In this document: positions 9,251-16,878 of the stretch, piece by piece
Layout of the letters: each line of letters begins with the position of its first letter
Numbering within the stretch: position 1 is the stretch's first letter
Assembly: GCA_945882675.1 (NCBI GenBank)
Contig: CAMCWU010000001.1
Coordinates: 763 to 64,762, forward strand
Source of the DNA: Klebsiella pneumoniae
Lineage (GTDB): Bacteria > Myxococcota_A > UBA796 > GCA-2862545
Reading direction: 5' to 3'
DNA length: 64,000 bases
Notes under the pieces: model-generated
Seen by the model: the letters and a program-made list of their open reading frames with translations, nothing else
What the model was told of the DNA's origin: nothing
The model's database searches: none
Made by a program: the position numbers and the translations under genes

Positions 9251-10260
9251 ACAGCCAGACCCTCACGGTGCTCTCCATGCTCGCCGGTGTCTCCCTGCTC
9301 GGCGGGTGCGACTACAGCGGGGACTTCCTGTTCCCCGAGACCTTCGACGACGTCCCGCCGCTGTACGAGCTGCAGATGCCGGACGGCGGACCGCTCGTCC
9401 CCGTGGACATCGTGTCCGCGGAAGACATCGCTGCCAACGTCATCTACGGAGAGGTGGGCGCCCCTACGGCTGCCCAGGTCGGCGGCGTCACGTTCACGTT
9501 CTTCGGCACCGGCGACGACATCTGCGTCTTCGTCGACCCGGAGGCCGCGTACTGGACCCAGGCGATCTCGCCGCGGCTCGACGACGTCAGCCGGCCGTGG
9601 TCCTACCCGGACAACGTGTTCGACGACGGCGATCTCGATCTCTCGGGCGGGCTCTCGGTTTACTACACCGGCTCCGCGGACGAGGTCGGGGACTTCAAGG
9701 TCGACTACGCGGACAGCCTCGGGAACCCGGTCGAGGTCTCGCTGTCGGTCTGCCAGAACCTCGGCCTCAACAACGTGCCGAACGGCTATTCCGGCCGCGG
9801 CACGCCCGAGTACTGCACGGTTTCCACGACGGACCCCGGTGTGCAGTACACGATCGTGATGGAGACCTTCTCGACCCCCCTCGACGACGATCGGCTGTCC
9901 TTCGGCCTGCTGCTCGCGAACGGCACGTGCCAGGCCCTCCTCGCGGCGTCCGGCGGGGCCGACACCGTGCAGGCGGAAGAGTGCATCATCCGCGGCGAGG
10001 CCATTCGGCCCGACAGCCTGGGACCCTGGTTCGGCTTCGACGCCGTGCAGGATCTCGTCTGGCAGTCCGAGGGCGGCTCGTACCTCGACTTCGAGACCGA
10101 GTTCTGCAGCCAGGACTCCCGCGTGGATCTGTTCTGCAAGGACGAGCTCGAGAAGGTGATCGCGAGCGGCGGCACGTGCGACTACCTGGGCGACGGCTCG
10201 GGTACGGACCACTGCTTCTGCGGGGATCCCACCACGACGCCGGACGCCGGCGCCATCTGA
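9247..10260 (+). CDS. Acidic Cys-rich lipoprotein, 337 aa, unknown family
   Basis: Internal ATG at 9247 (MNSQTLTVLSMLAGVSLLGGC lipobox) overlaps the upstream stop as ATGA. The upstream part of track ORF 8374-10260 is out of frame with gene 8291-9250 and unsupported. Confidence 0.8.
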   Translation: MNSQTLTVLSMLAGVSLLGGCDYSGDFLFPETFDDVPPLYELQMPDGGPLVPVDIVSAEDIAANVIYGEVGAPTAAQVGGVTFTFFGTGDDICVFVDPEAAYWTQAISPRLDDVSRPWSYPDNVFDDGDLDLSGGLSVYYTGSADEVGDFKVDYADSLGNPVEVSLSVCQNLGLNNVPNGYSGRGTPEYCTVSTTDPGVQYTIVMETFSTPLDDDRLSFGLLLANGTCQALLAASGGADTVQAEECIIRGEAIRPDSLGPWFGFDAVQDLVWQSEGGSYLDFETEFCSQDSRVDLFCKDELEKVIASGGTCDYLGDGSGTDHCFCGDPTTTPDAGAI

Positions 10261-10287
10261 TCAGGTCCCGCCATCTGCTCGGGTCCC
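10252..10287. repeat. 18-bp tandem direct duplication spanning the junction of two convergent genes
   Basis: GCCATCTGATCAGGTCCC is followed directly by GCCATCTGCTCGGGTCCC (16/18 identical). Copy 1 contains both stop codons (TGA of the plus-strand gene and TCA, which is TGA of cca). Confidence 0.8.
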
Positions 10288-11517
10288 GGACAGCAGCTCG
10301 CCGACGCGGGCTGCTGCGTCCGCCGGAGTGGTGATCCGCCCGTCGAGTTGATCTTCGTAGACGCGGCGGATCAGCTCGCCCATCCGTGGGCCGGCCGGCA
10401 CCCCGAGCGCGGTGAGGTCGCGACCCCGGAGCAGTGGCTTGGGAGCGCTCTCGGAGATCCCCATGGCGGCTGCGCGCGCTCGCGCGTCCCCGGTGTCGCC
10501 GAGGACGGCTTCGCGCACGGCGAGCGCCAGGCCGGCTTCGCAGCGGGACGCCAGCCAGCGCAGGTCGGAGTCCGTCGCGCACGGGTCCTGCCAGCGCGCG
10601 ACCACGGCCGTGACCGTGTCCCGGAGCGGATAGCCCTTCCACTTGTGCAGCCACAGGCGGTCGAGGGTGTCCGTGACCGCGGCGGCGCTCTGGCGCGCGA
10701 GCCAGCCCGCCAGCATGAGCGCCCACTGCCTGCCGTCCGGTACGAGCGAAGCGCGCGCGGCCACCAGCGCGTCGAGCGCGCGATCGGCGCCGGGATCGTC
10801 GGCCACCGCGGGGAACACACGCGACAGGATCCCGGCTTCGCGTGCGAACGCCATCCCGAGCGACGGCCAGTGCCCGCGCAGCAGGAGCTTCTCCCACTCG
10901 CCCTGCACGCGCTCGGCCGGGAGCTCGTCGAGGTCCGCTCGCCGGCAGAGCGCGACCAGCGAGGGGTCCGGCGTGAACCCGAGGCGCGCCGCGAACTGCG
11001 CGACGCGGAGCGCCCGGAGCGGATCCTCGAGGAAGGTGTCGTCGTCCACGGCACGGAGGCGCCGCGCAGCCAGGTCCGCCAGCCCGCCCCACGGATCTGC
11101 GATCTCACCGGTCGAGAGCTCGATCATCATCGCGTTCACGGTCAGGTCGCGGCGGCGGGCCGCCTCCGCGATCGGCATGCCCGGGTCGCCCTCCACCGCG
11201 ATGCCCTTGTGGCCGGGGCCGACCTTCGAGTCGCGACGGGGGACGCTGATGTCGTGCTGCTCACCGGGCCGGCCGCCGCGGGGCGCGAGCTTGTAGACGC
11301 CGAAGGAGCGGCCGACGACGTCCACCCGCCCGAACCGCCGCAGGATGGCGTGGAGATCGTCTCCGGGGATGCCGAAGACCTCCACGTCCCAGTCCTTGAC
11401 CGCCTGGCCGGTCAGGTGGTCGCGTACGCAGCCGCCGACCGCGAAGGCCCGTCCGCCCACCGCCCTGCAGGCCGCGGCGACGTCCAGCAGGACCGGGGGC
11501 GGGACGAGGGGGATCAC
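10261..11517 (-). CDS. cca: CCA-adding tRNA nucleotidyltransferase / poly(A) polymerase family, 418 aa
   Basis: GTG at 11517 overlaps the upstream stop (GTGA). N-terminus VIPLVPPPVLLDVAAACRAVGGRAFAVGGCVRDHLTG...DWDVEVFG is typical of class II nucleotidyltransferases. The remainder of the 976-aa track ORF is read-through artefact. Confidence 0.85.
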   Translation of the reverse strand: MIPLVPPPVLLDVAAACRAVGGRAFAVGGCVRDHLTGQAVKDWDVEVFGIPGDDLHAILRRFGRVDVVGRSFGVYKLAPRGGRPGEQHDISVPRRDSKVGPGHKGIAVEGDPGMPIAEAARRRDLTVNAMMIELSTGEIADPWGGLADLAARRLRAVDDDTFLEDPLRALRVAQFAARLGFTPDPSLVALCRRADLDELPAERVQGEWEKLLLRGHWPSLGMAFAREAGILSRVFPAVADDPGADRALDALVAARASLVPDGRQWALMLAGWLARQSAAAVTDTLDRLWLHKWKGYPLRDTVTAVVARWQDPCATDSDLRWLASRCEAGLALAVREAVLGDTGDARARAAAMGISESAPKPLLRGRDLTALGVPAGPRMGELIRRVYEDQLDGRITTPADAAARVGELLSGTRADGGT

Positions 11518-12332
11518 TTGTGGTCTTCGAGCCGCGTGCCGGTGCTGTTGATGTCCTGGACCGTGCCGGTCTTGAGCTTGTCCTCTGGCTTCGGCGCGAC
11601 GCTGACGCGCCACGAGCCGTTGAGCCAGCCGATGAGCGTGCCCTGCAGGCCGGCGTCGATGTTCAGGAGCTGCACGCCGCTGCCGCTGCCTTCGAGGAGC
11701 TGGAGCGTCTTCGGGCCCATGGCCTTGGGCTCGAGGAGGCTGGCGGCCTTGGCCGACATCGTGTCGCCCGTGGCGGCGACCAGCATGAGGGGGCGCTGGC
11801 CGTAGGTCGCGAGCGCGTCCGAGACCTTCACGCCGTGCGCGGTCACGGTGGGGGAGAGCATCACGACCGACGTGATGCCTGGGTCCTTGGCCGCGGCGTT
11901 CAACGCCAGGCTCGCGCCGACGTCCGCGCCGACCAGCACGATCTCCTTGGCGCCCTTCGTGCGCAGGTACGCGGCGGCCGCGTCCACGTCGGCGACCATC
12001 TTCGGCCAGTCGGCGTCCGTCAGCGGGGCCGGCTGGGGCGACGCCCCGTGGCCGCGCAGGTCGAGCGCGACGACGTGGAAGCCCTGGCTCGCGAGCTTGG
12101 TCGCGAAGTTCGCCCAGTCGGCCGCCGAGCGACCGTCCCCGTGGATCAGCACGACGCCCTTGGCGCCGGTCCCCGACTCGACACCCGAGATGGCGACGTT
12201 GTCCGCTGCCTTCAGCTTGACGGTACCCGCATGGGCGCTCCCGGCGATCAGCAGTCCCACGAACATCAGGATGGTGCGCAAGCGATCCCCCGGTTGAGTC
12301 ACATGGTACGGCCCGGGCGGCGGCACGGGCAA
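11514..12332 (-). CDS. Secreted alpha/beta hydrolase, up to 272 aa
   Basis: Contains VVLIHGDGRSAADWANFATKLASQGFHVVALDLRGHGAS. The signal-like MFVGLLIAGSAHA suggests an alternative start at 12266. Confidence 0.8.
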   Translation of the reverse strand: MPVPPPGPYHVTQPGDRLRTILMFVGLLIAGSAHAGTVKLKAADNVAISGVESGTGAKGVVLIHGDGRSAADWANFATKLASQGFHVVALDLRGHGASPQPAPLTDADWPKMVADVDAAAAYLRTKGAKEIVLVGADVGASLALNAAAKDPGITSVVMLSPTVTAHGVKVSDALATYGQRPLMLVAATGDTMSAKAASLLEPKAMGPKTLQLLEGSGSGVQLLNIDAGLQGTLIGWLNGSWRVSVAPKPEDKLKTGTVQDINSTGTRLEDHK

Positions 12333-12401
12333 CCGCCGGGCGAGAAATAGCTCGCGCTGGCAACACGCCGGCGGGTCGCTTCCGTCCCCCGCCGATCACG
12401 G

Positions 12402-12429
12402 TTGACAAGCCGGAGCGGCGCGCTAAATA
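12402..12429 (+). promoter_or_regulatory. Candidate sigma70-type promoter for tadA and the tRNA-Ser genes
   Basis: Perfect -35 TTGACA (12402-12407), 16-nt spacer, then AT-rich TAAATA (12424-12429). This stands out in otherwise GC-rich DNA. It lies about 45 nt upstream of the tadA ORF start. Confidence 0.35.
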
Positions 12430-12474
12430 GGAAGCGCCGGTCGGGTCCGCCCCATCGGATCGTTCTGTGACAAG

Positions 12475-13011
12475 TTGCGTTCGCGGATTCTGCAAGTGGA
12501 TCCGACAAGACAGCGAGACGAGCACTGGATGGGGATCGCCCTCGCGCTGGCCGAACAGGCCGCGCAGAATGGTGATGTCCCGGTCGGTGCGGTGGTGGTG
12601 AGAGGGGACGACGCGATCGGGCGTGGCTTCAACCGCCGCGAAGCCGACCTCGACCCGACCGCCCACGCCGAGATCCTCGCCGTGCGCGAAGCCGCCCGGG
12701 CCCTCGGCTCGTGGCGACTCGAAGGATGTCGGATCTACGTGACCCTCGAGCCCTGCGCCATGTGCGCGGGCGCGCTGGTCCTCTCCCGGATCGACCGCTG
12801 CCTGTTCGGGTGCACCGACCCGAAGGGCGGCTGGTGCGGGACAGTCGGCGATCTCTCGGCCCATTCCGCCCTCAACCACCGGTTCCAGGTGGTCTCGGGC
12901 GTGCTGGAAGCCGAGTGTCGGGATCAGCTCCAGGAGTTCTTCCGGGGGCTTCGCATGCAGAAGCGAACGCGTCGGAGCCCGCCCCGTCCCATAGACGGCG
13001 GGTCCGAGTAG
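12475..13011 (+). CDS. tadA: tRNA-specific adenosine deaminase
   Basis: Contains DEHWMGIALALAEQAAQNGDVPVGAVVV, HAEILAVREA and TLEPCAMCAGAL (CDA zinc motifs). The start is TTG at 12475, or GTG at 12496. Confidence 0.85.
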   Translation: MRSRILQVDPTRQRDEHWMGIALALAEQAAQNGDVPVGAVVVRGDDAIGRGFNRREADLDPTAHAEILAVREAARALGSWRLEGCRIYVTLEPCAMCAGALVLSRIDRCLFGCTDPKGGWCGTVGDLSAHSALNHRFQVVSGVLEAECRDQLQEFFRGLRMQKRTRRSPPRPIDGGSE

Positions 13012-13024
13012 CAGAGCGGGTTTT

Positions 13025-13112
13025 GGAGAGGTGGCCGAGTGGACGAAGGCGGTGGACTCGAAATCCACTTTATCGTAAGGTAACCAGGGTTCGAATCCCT
13101 GCTTCTCCGCCA
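13025..13112 (+). tRNA. tRNA-Ser (anticodon CGA), CCA encoded
   Basis: Hand-folded cloverleaf. Acceptor GGAGAGG/CTTCTCC. Anticodon stem GTGGA/TCCAC with loop CT-CGA-AA. Long variable arm TTATC-GTAA-GGTAA. T-arm CAGGG-TTCGAAT-CCCTG. Discriminator G followed by CCA. Confidence 0.9.
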
Positions 13113-13161
13113 ATTCCCGAGCAGTGAGCGCCATCCGCGCTCCTGCATCAGTGTGCGTCGT

Positions 13162-13249
13162 GGAGAGGTGACCGAGTGGTCGAAGGTGCATGATTGGAAA
13201 TCATGTGTATGGAAACATACCGCGGGTTCGAATCCCGCTCTCTCCGCCA
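13162..13249 (+). tRNA. tRNA-Ser (anticodon GGA), CCA encoded
   Basis: Acceptor GGAGAGG/TCTCTCC. Anticodon stem CATGA/TCATG with loop TT-GGA-AA. Long variable arm GTATG-GAAA-CATAC. T-arm GCGGG-TTCGAAT-CCCGC. Ends with G and CCA. Confidence 0.9.
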
Positions 13250-13410
13250 GCATCTGCCCTCCAAGCCCTCTTGCTTTCCGTTCCGCCTCTCCGTGAGGTC
13301 CGGGACCCCTGGGTCGCGAGCCGTGAACCCCGCCAGATCCTAACGGAAGCAACGGTAGTCGGTAAACGCGGTGCCAGGGTAAATCCCGGCCCTCACAGAG
13401 GGGCGGACCG

Positions 13411-14022
13411 TCAGCCAGCGCCGCCGCTCCGCTCCCACAGGGGGCCGAGATCGGACGGCAGCGGTGCCTCGAGCGCCAGCGTCCGCGGGCCGTCCCAGTC
13501 GGCGAGCGGGAACGGGTGGTCGAGCGCCAGGCGCGCCCCGTGTAGCGCCAGGCGCGGCCACGCCCGCCCCGAGTCCCCTCCGTAGCGGCGGTCGCCGACC
13601 AGCGGCAGGCCGGCCAGCGCCGCGTGCACGCGGATCTGGTGCTTTCGTCCGGTCTCGAGCGTGAGCTCCACGGCCGTGCGCCCCCCCGCGCGCCCGAGCG
13701 GCACCGCGTGGGTGCGAGCGTTCTTCCCGTCGACCTTCCAGGCCCAGGTCACCGGGGCGTCGTGCTCGCCGTCGAGCACCGCGAGGTAGGTTCGCCGGAT
13801 CGTGTGGTCCCGGAAGCCCGCCGCGATCGCGGCGTTCGCGCTTTCGTGCGTCGTGAACAGCACGAGGCCGGACGCTGGCTGGTCGAGCCGGTGGTGCACG
13901 CCCAGGTATTGCACCTGGTGTCGGAGGAGCGACACCAGGTCGTCGGCCCCGTCGTCCTGGGTGGCGAGCCCCGCGGGCTTGTCCACGACCCACAGCCAAC
14001 GGTCGCGAAAGACGGTGATCAT
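13411..14022 (-). CDS. RluA-family pseudouridine synthase, 203 aa, no S4 domain
   Basis: Contains VVDKPAGLATQ, HRLDQPASGLVLFT (catalytic Asp motif) and TGRKHQIRVH. The ATG overlaps the thiS stop (ATGA). Confidence 0.85.
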   Translation of the reverse strand: MITVFRDRWLWVVDKPAGLATQDDGADDLVSLLRHQVQYLGVHHRLDQPASGLVLFTTHESANAAIAAGFRDHTIRRTYLAVLDGEHDAPVTWAWKVDGKNARTHAVPLGRAGGRTAVELTLETGRKHQIRVHAALAGLPLVGDRRYGGDSGRAWPRLALHGARLALDHPFPLADWDGPRTLALEAPLPSDLGPLWERSGGAG

Positions 14023-14222
14023 CCGCCGCCAACGGCGCGGATCACCTCGACGTCGGCGCCGTCGCGCAGGGCGGTAGTGGCGTGGTCCCGCCGCGGCACC
14101 ACGCTCCGATCGACCGCGACCGCCACCCCCATCCGCGTCTCGAGGCCGAGCTCCGCGAGCAGCGTCGCCACCGTGGCGCCGTCGGATACGGCGCGTTCCT
14201 CCCCGTTCAGGCGGATCCTCAC
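14019..14222 (-). CDS. thiS: ThiS/MoaD-type sulfur-carrier (ubiquitin-like) protein, 67 aa, C-terminal GG
   Basis: GTG at 14222 overlaps the recR stop (GTGA). Sequence VRIRLNGEERAVSDGATVATLLAELGL...AVAVDRSVVPRRDHATTALRDGADVEVIRAVGGG matches the ThiS pattern. The larger 209-aa track ORF is unsupported. Confidence 0.8.
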   Translation of the reverse strand: MRIRLNGEERAVSDGATVATLLAELGLETRMGVAVAVDRSVVPRRDHATTALRDGADVEVIRAVGGG

Positions 14223-14812
14223 AGCTCCCTCCGGTTGTAGAGCGCGCGGCCGAGGCTCGCGGCGTCCGCGTACTCGATCTCCGTTCCGACCGACAGCCCG
14301 TGGGCGAGCCGGGTGACCTTCACGCCGAGCGGCCCGAGCAGCCGCCCGAGGTACAGCGCGGTCGCGTCGCCCTCGATCGTGGGGTTGGTGGCCAGGATCA
14401 CCTCGCGGACGACCCCGTCGCCCAGGCGGCCGAGGAGCTGGCGGATCCGCAGCGCGTCCGGCGCGATCCCATCGAGCGGGCTCAACGCCCCGTGGAGCAC
14501 GTGGTAGCGGCCGCGGAACTCGCCGGCGCGCTCGAACGCGAGCACGTCCACGGGCTCCTCCACGACGCAGACGATCGACGCGTCGCGGTTCGCGCTCGCG
14601 CAGAGCGGACAAGGGTCGGCGCCCCCGAGGTTGCAGCACACGGTGCACTCGCGGACTCCCTCCTCCAGGAGCGAGAGGGCCTGCGCGATCTCACCCGCAG
14701 TGCCGCGCTTTGCGCGCAGCAGCCAGTAGACGAGGCGGGTGGCGGTCTTGTCGCCGATGCCTGGCAGGCGCCGGAGCTGGACCACCGCGCGGCGGATCGC
14801 GTCGTCGGCCAT
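14219..14812 (-). CDS. recR: Recombination protein RecR
   Basis: Contains LRRLPGIGDKTATRLVYWLL (HhH), the C4 zinc motif CTVCCNLGGADPCPLC, and the Toprim region VCVVEEPVDV...ILATNPTIEGDATALY. Confidence 0.95.
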   Translation of the reverse strand: MADDAIRRAVVQLRRLPGIGDKTATRLVYWLLRAKRGTAGEIAQALSLLEEGVRECTVCCNLGGADPCPLCASANRDASIVCVVEEPVDVLAFERAGEFRGRYHVLHGALSPLDGIAPDALRIRQLLGRLGDGVVREVILATNPTIEGDATALYLGRLLGPLGVKVTRLAHGLSVGTEIEYADAASLGRALYNRREL

Positions 14813-15123
14813 CAGAAGGGCATCATGCCGGGCGGGATCGGGAGGCCGCCCATCATCTGCTGGAGCGCTTGCGCGATCTGGACCTGCACGGCGGCCAGCG
14901 CGTCGTTCGTGGCGGCCCGCACCAGATCCTCCAGGAGCTCACGGTCGTCCATCGCGCCGGCCGCGATCGTAACGCTCTGAACCTGGAGATCGCCCGAGAC
15001 AACCACCTTCACGAGGCCGCCGCCTGCGACGCCTTCACCGCGCGCGTTCGCCTTGAGCTGGGCCATCTTCTCTTGCAAACCGCCCATCAGGCCGCCGAGC
15101 GCGCCGAGATCGAACTGGCTCAT
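14812..15123 (-). CDS. ybaB: YbaB/EbfC nucleoid-associated protein
   Basis: 103 aa. Contains GLMGGLQEKMAQLK...GGGLVKVVVSGDLQVQSVTI...LEDLVRAATNDAL. The stop overlaps the recR ATG by 1 nt, and its ATG overlaps the dnaX stop (ATGA). Confidence 0.9.
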   Translation of the reverse strand: MSQFDLGALGGLMGGLQEKMAQLKANARGEGVAGGGLVKVVVSGDLQVQSVTIAAGAMDDRELLEDLVRAATNDALAAVQVQIAQALQQMMGGLPIPPGMMPF

Positions 15124-16841
15124 GTCGCATCCTCCTTCCCGCCGTCCGCGGGGGTCGTTGTCCGGGTGTCTCTCCGCACGCTCTCGAGCTCGGCGCCGAG
15201 CGCCGCGATCATGCGCTGGATCTGGGGATCCTGCAGGACTTCCTGCTCGATCGCCTTGAGCTCGTCTGCGGGCGTGCCGGTGCCGGCCTGCGCGACGGCG
15301 TCGAGGCGCTGGCCGGGCAGGTCGCGCTCGACGAGGCGGACGACGTCCGGCTGGCGCAGCGCGCGGCGGGCCTCCGCCAGGGTGCGGCCCGCCGGCAGCT
15401 CCACGACGACGCCTGCTGGCGTGAACCGGGGATCTCCCTGCAGGAGCGAGAGGGCGGGGCCGCCGAGCGCGCGCAGATCACCGGCGAGCCGCGCCCAGCG
15501 CTGCTCGATCGGGTCGATGGGGGCCGGGGCAGGGTCTGCTTCCGAGGCGGTCTTCGGCTCGCGGGGCGCGGGGGTGCGGGCGGACTCCGTGCGGGCGGCC
15601 GGACGCGGCGGTGCAGGGGGCTCCGGATCGCGTCGAGCCGGCAGCGGCGGGGCGTCCGGGATGCCCTTGCTCGCGGAGGCCCCGGATGCTCGCAGGCGAC
15701 GCTCCAGCGCCTCCAGCCGGCCCACGAGCTGGGCCATGGGCTGGACCGGCCGCACGGTCGCGAGGCGCGCCATCGCCATCTCCAGCACCACGCGCGGCCG
15801 CGGCGAGCGCGCCACCTGGTCGTGGACGTCCACGAGCGCGCCAAAGAGCCGGCCGAGGACCTCCGGATCCATGCCGTCGACCGCGGTGCGGATCCGCGCG
15901 ATCTCCTCCGCCGGGAGCTCCACGTGGCGGGCGAGGTCGGGCGCCATGCTCAGGAACGCGGCGTCCCGCACGAGATCGAGGAGCTCCCCTGTGAGCTGCG
16001 AGAGCTCGTACCCGGTCTCGTGGACGACCGCGACGGCGTCGAGGGCCGCGCCGGCGTCCCCCTTCACCAGCGCCTGCAGCAGCGTGAACAGCACCGTGCG
16101 GTCCACGAGCCCGAGGGTCTCGGCCACCCCGGCGTCGTCGATCGCGGCGCCCGGCCCGGCGAAGCTGATCACCTTGTCGAGGAGCGACTGGGCGTCGCGC
16201 ATGGAGCCCTCGCCGGCGCGCGCGATGATCCGCAGGCCGCCGTCGGTGATCTTCACGCCTTCGCGGTCGGCGATCTCGCGCAGCCGGTCCACCACGCCGG
16301 TCTGGCCGATGCGCTTGAAGTCGAAGCGCTGGACGCGCGACAGGATGGTGTCCGGGATCTTGTCGACCTCCGTGGTCGCGAAGATGAACACGACGTGCCG
16401 CGGCGGCTCCTCCAGCGTCTTGAGCAGCGCGTTGAACGCCGCCTTGGACAGCATGTGCACTTCATCGATCAGGTAGATCCTGTACTTCCCGCGGGTGGGG
16501 GCGTACCCGATCGTGTCCCGCAGCTCGCGGATGTCGTCCACGCCGTTGTTCGACGCGCCGTCGATCTCGGTGAGGTCTGGGCTCGACCCGGACAGGATCT
16601 CCCGGCACGAGACGCACTCGCCGCACGGCTCGGGAATCGGGCCCTTCTCGCAGTTCAGGGCGCGGGCGAGCGCACGGGCCGCCGTGGTCTTGCCGACGCC
16701 GCGGGCGCCCGTGAACAGGAACGCGTGGTGGATCCGCCCGGACTTGATGGCGTTCGAAAGCGTGCGCGTGACGTGGACCTGCCCGACCATCTCTTCGAAG
16801 GTCGCGGGGCGGTACTTCCGGGCGATGGCGAGGTACGACAC
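15120..16841 (-). CDS. dnaX: DNA polymerase III subunit gamma/tau
   Basis: GTG start preceded by GGAG. Contains FTGARGVGKTT (Walker A), the Zn module CGECVSC, and DEVHMLS. There is a Pro/Ala-rich linker in the C-terminal half. Confidence 0.95.
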   Translation of the reverse strand: MSYLAIARKYRPATFEEMVGQVHVTRTLSNAIKSGRIHHAFLFTGARGVGKTTAARALARALNCEKGPIPEPCGECVSCREILSGSSPDLTEIDGASNNGVDDIRELRDTIGYAPTRGKYRIYLIDEVHMLSKAAFNALLKTLEEPPRHVVFIFATTEVDKIPDTILSRVQRFDFKRIGQTGVVDRLREIADREGVKITDGGLRIIARAGEGSMRDAQSLLDKVISFAGPGAAIDDAGVAETLGLVDRTVLFTLLQALVKGDAGAALDAVAVVHETGYELSQLTGELLDLVRDAAFLSMAPDLARHVELPAEEIARIRTAVDGMDPEVLGRLFGALVDVHDQVARSPRPRVVLEMAMARLATVRPVQPMAQLVGRLEALERRLRASGASASKGIPDAPPLPARRDPEPPAPPRPAARTESARTPAPREPKTASEADPAPAPIDPIEQRWARLAGDLRALGGPALSLLQGDPRFTPAGVVVELPAGRTLAEARRALRQPDVVRLVERDLPGQRLDAVAQAGTGTPADELKAIEQEVLQDPQIQRMIAALGAELESVRRDTRTTTPADGGKEDAT

Positions 16842-16878
16842 GGCGGCACTCCGTCTGGCACCATAACCCGCCCCGACG

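Noticed and set aside
10261-13191. 976-aa ORF that would span cca, the hydrolase gene, tadA (antisense) and both tRNA genes
   Set aside because: Only the C-terminal 418 aa (from the GTG at 11517) looks like a nucleotidyltransferase. The rest overlaps well-supported features on either strand and has a junk-like composition.
13362-13377. Sigma54-like CTGGCACcgcgtTTAC on the minus strand
   Set aside because: The invariant -12 GC is AC. The motif points into the antisense of the tRNA genes, with no downstream gene.
13025-13410. Integrated mobile element at the tRNA-Ser genes
   Set aside because: There is no integrase, no direct repeat of the tRNA 3' end, and the flanking genes (tadA, rluA-like, thiS, recR) are housekeeping with normal composition.
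15120-16841. Programmed -1 frameshift site in dnaX (the A AAA AAG type that produces gamma in E. coli)
   Set aside because: No A-rich or other slippery heptamer is visible anywhere in the gene. Tau and gamma production, if any, must use another mechanism.
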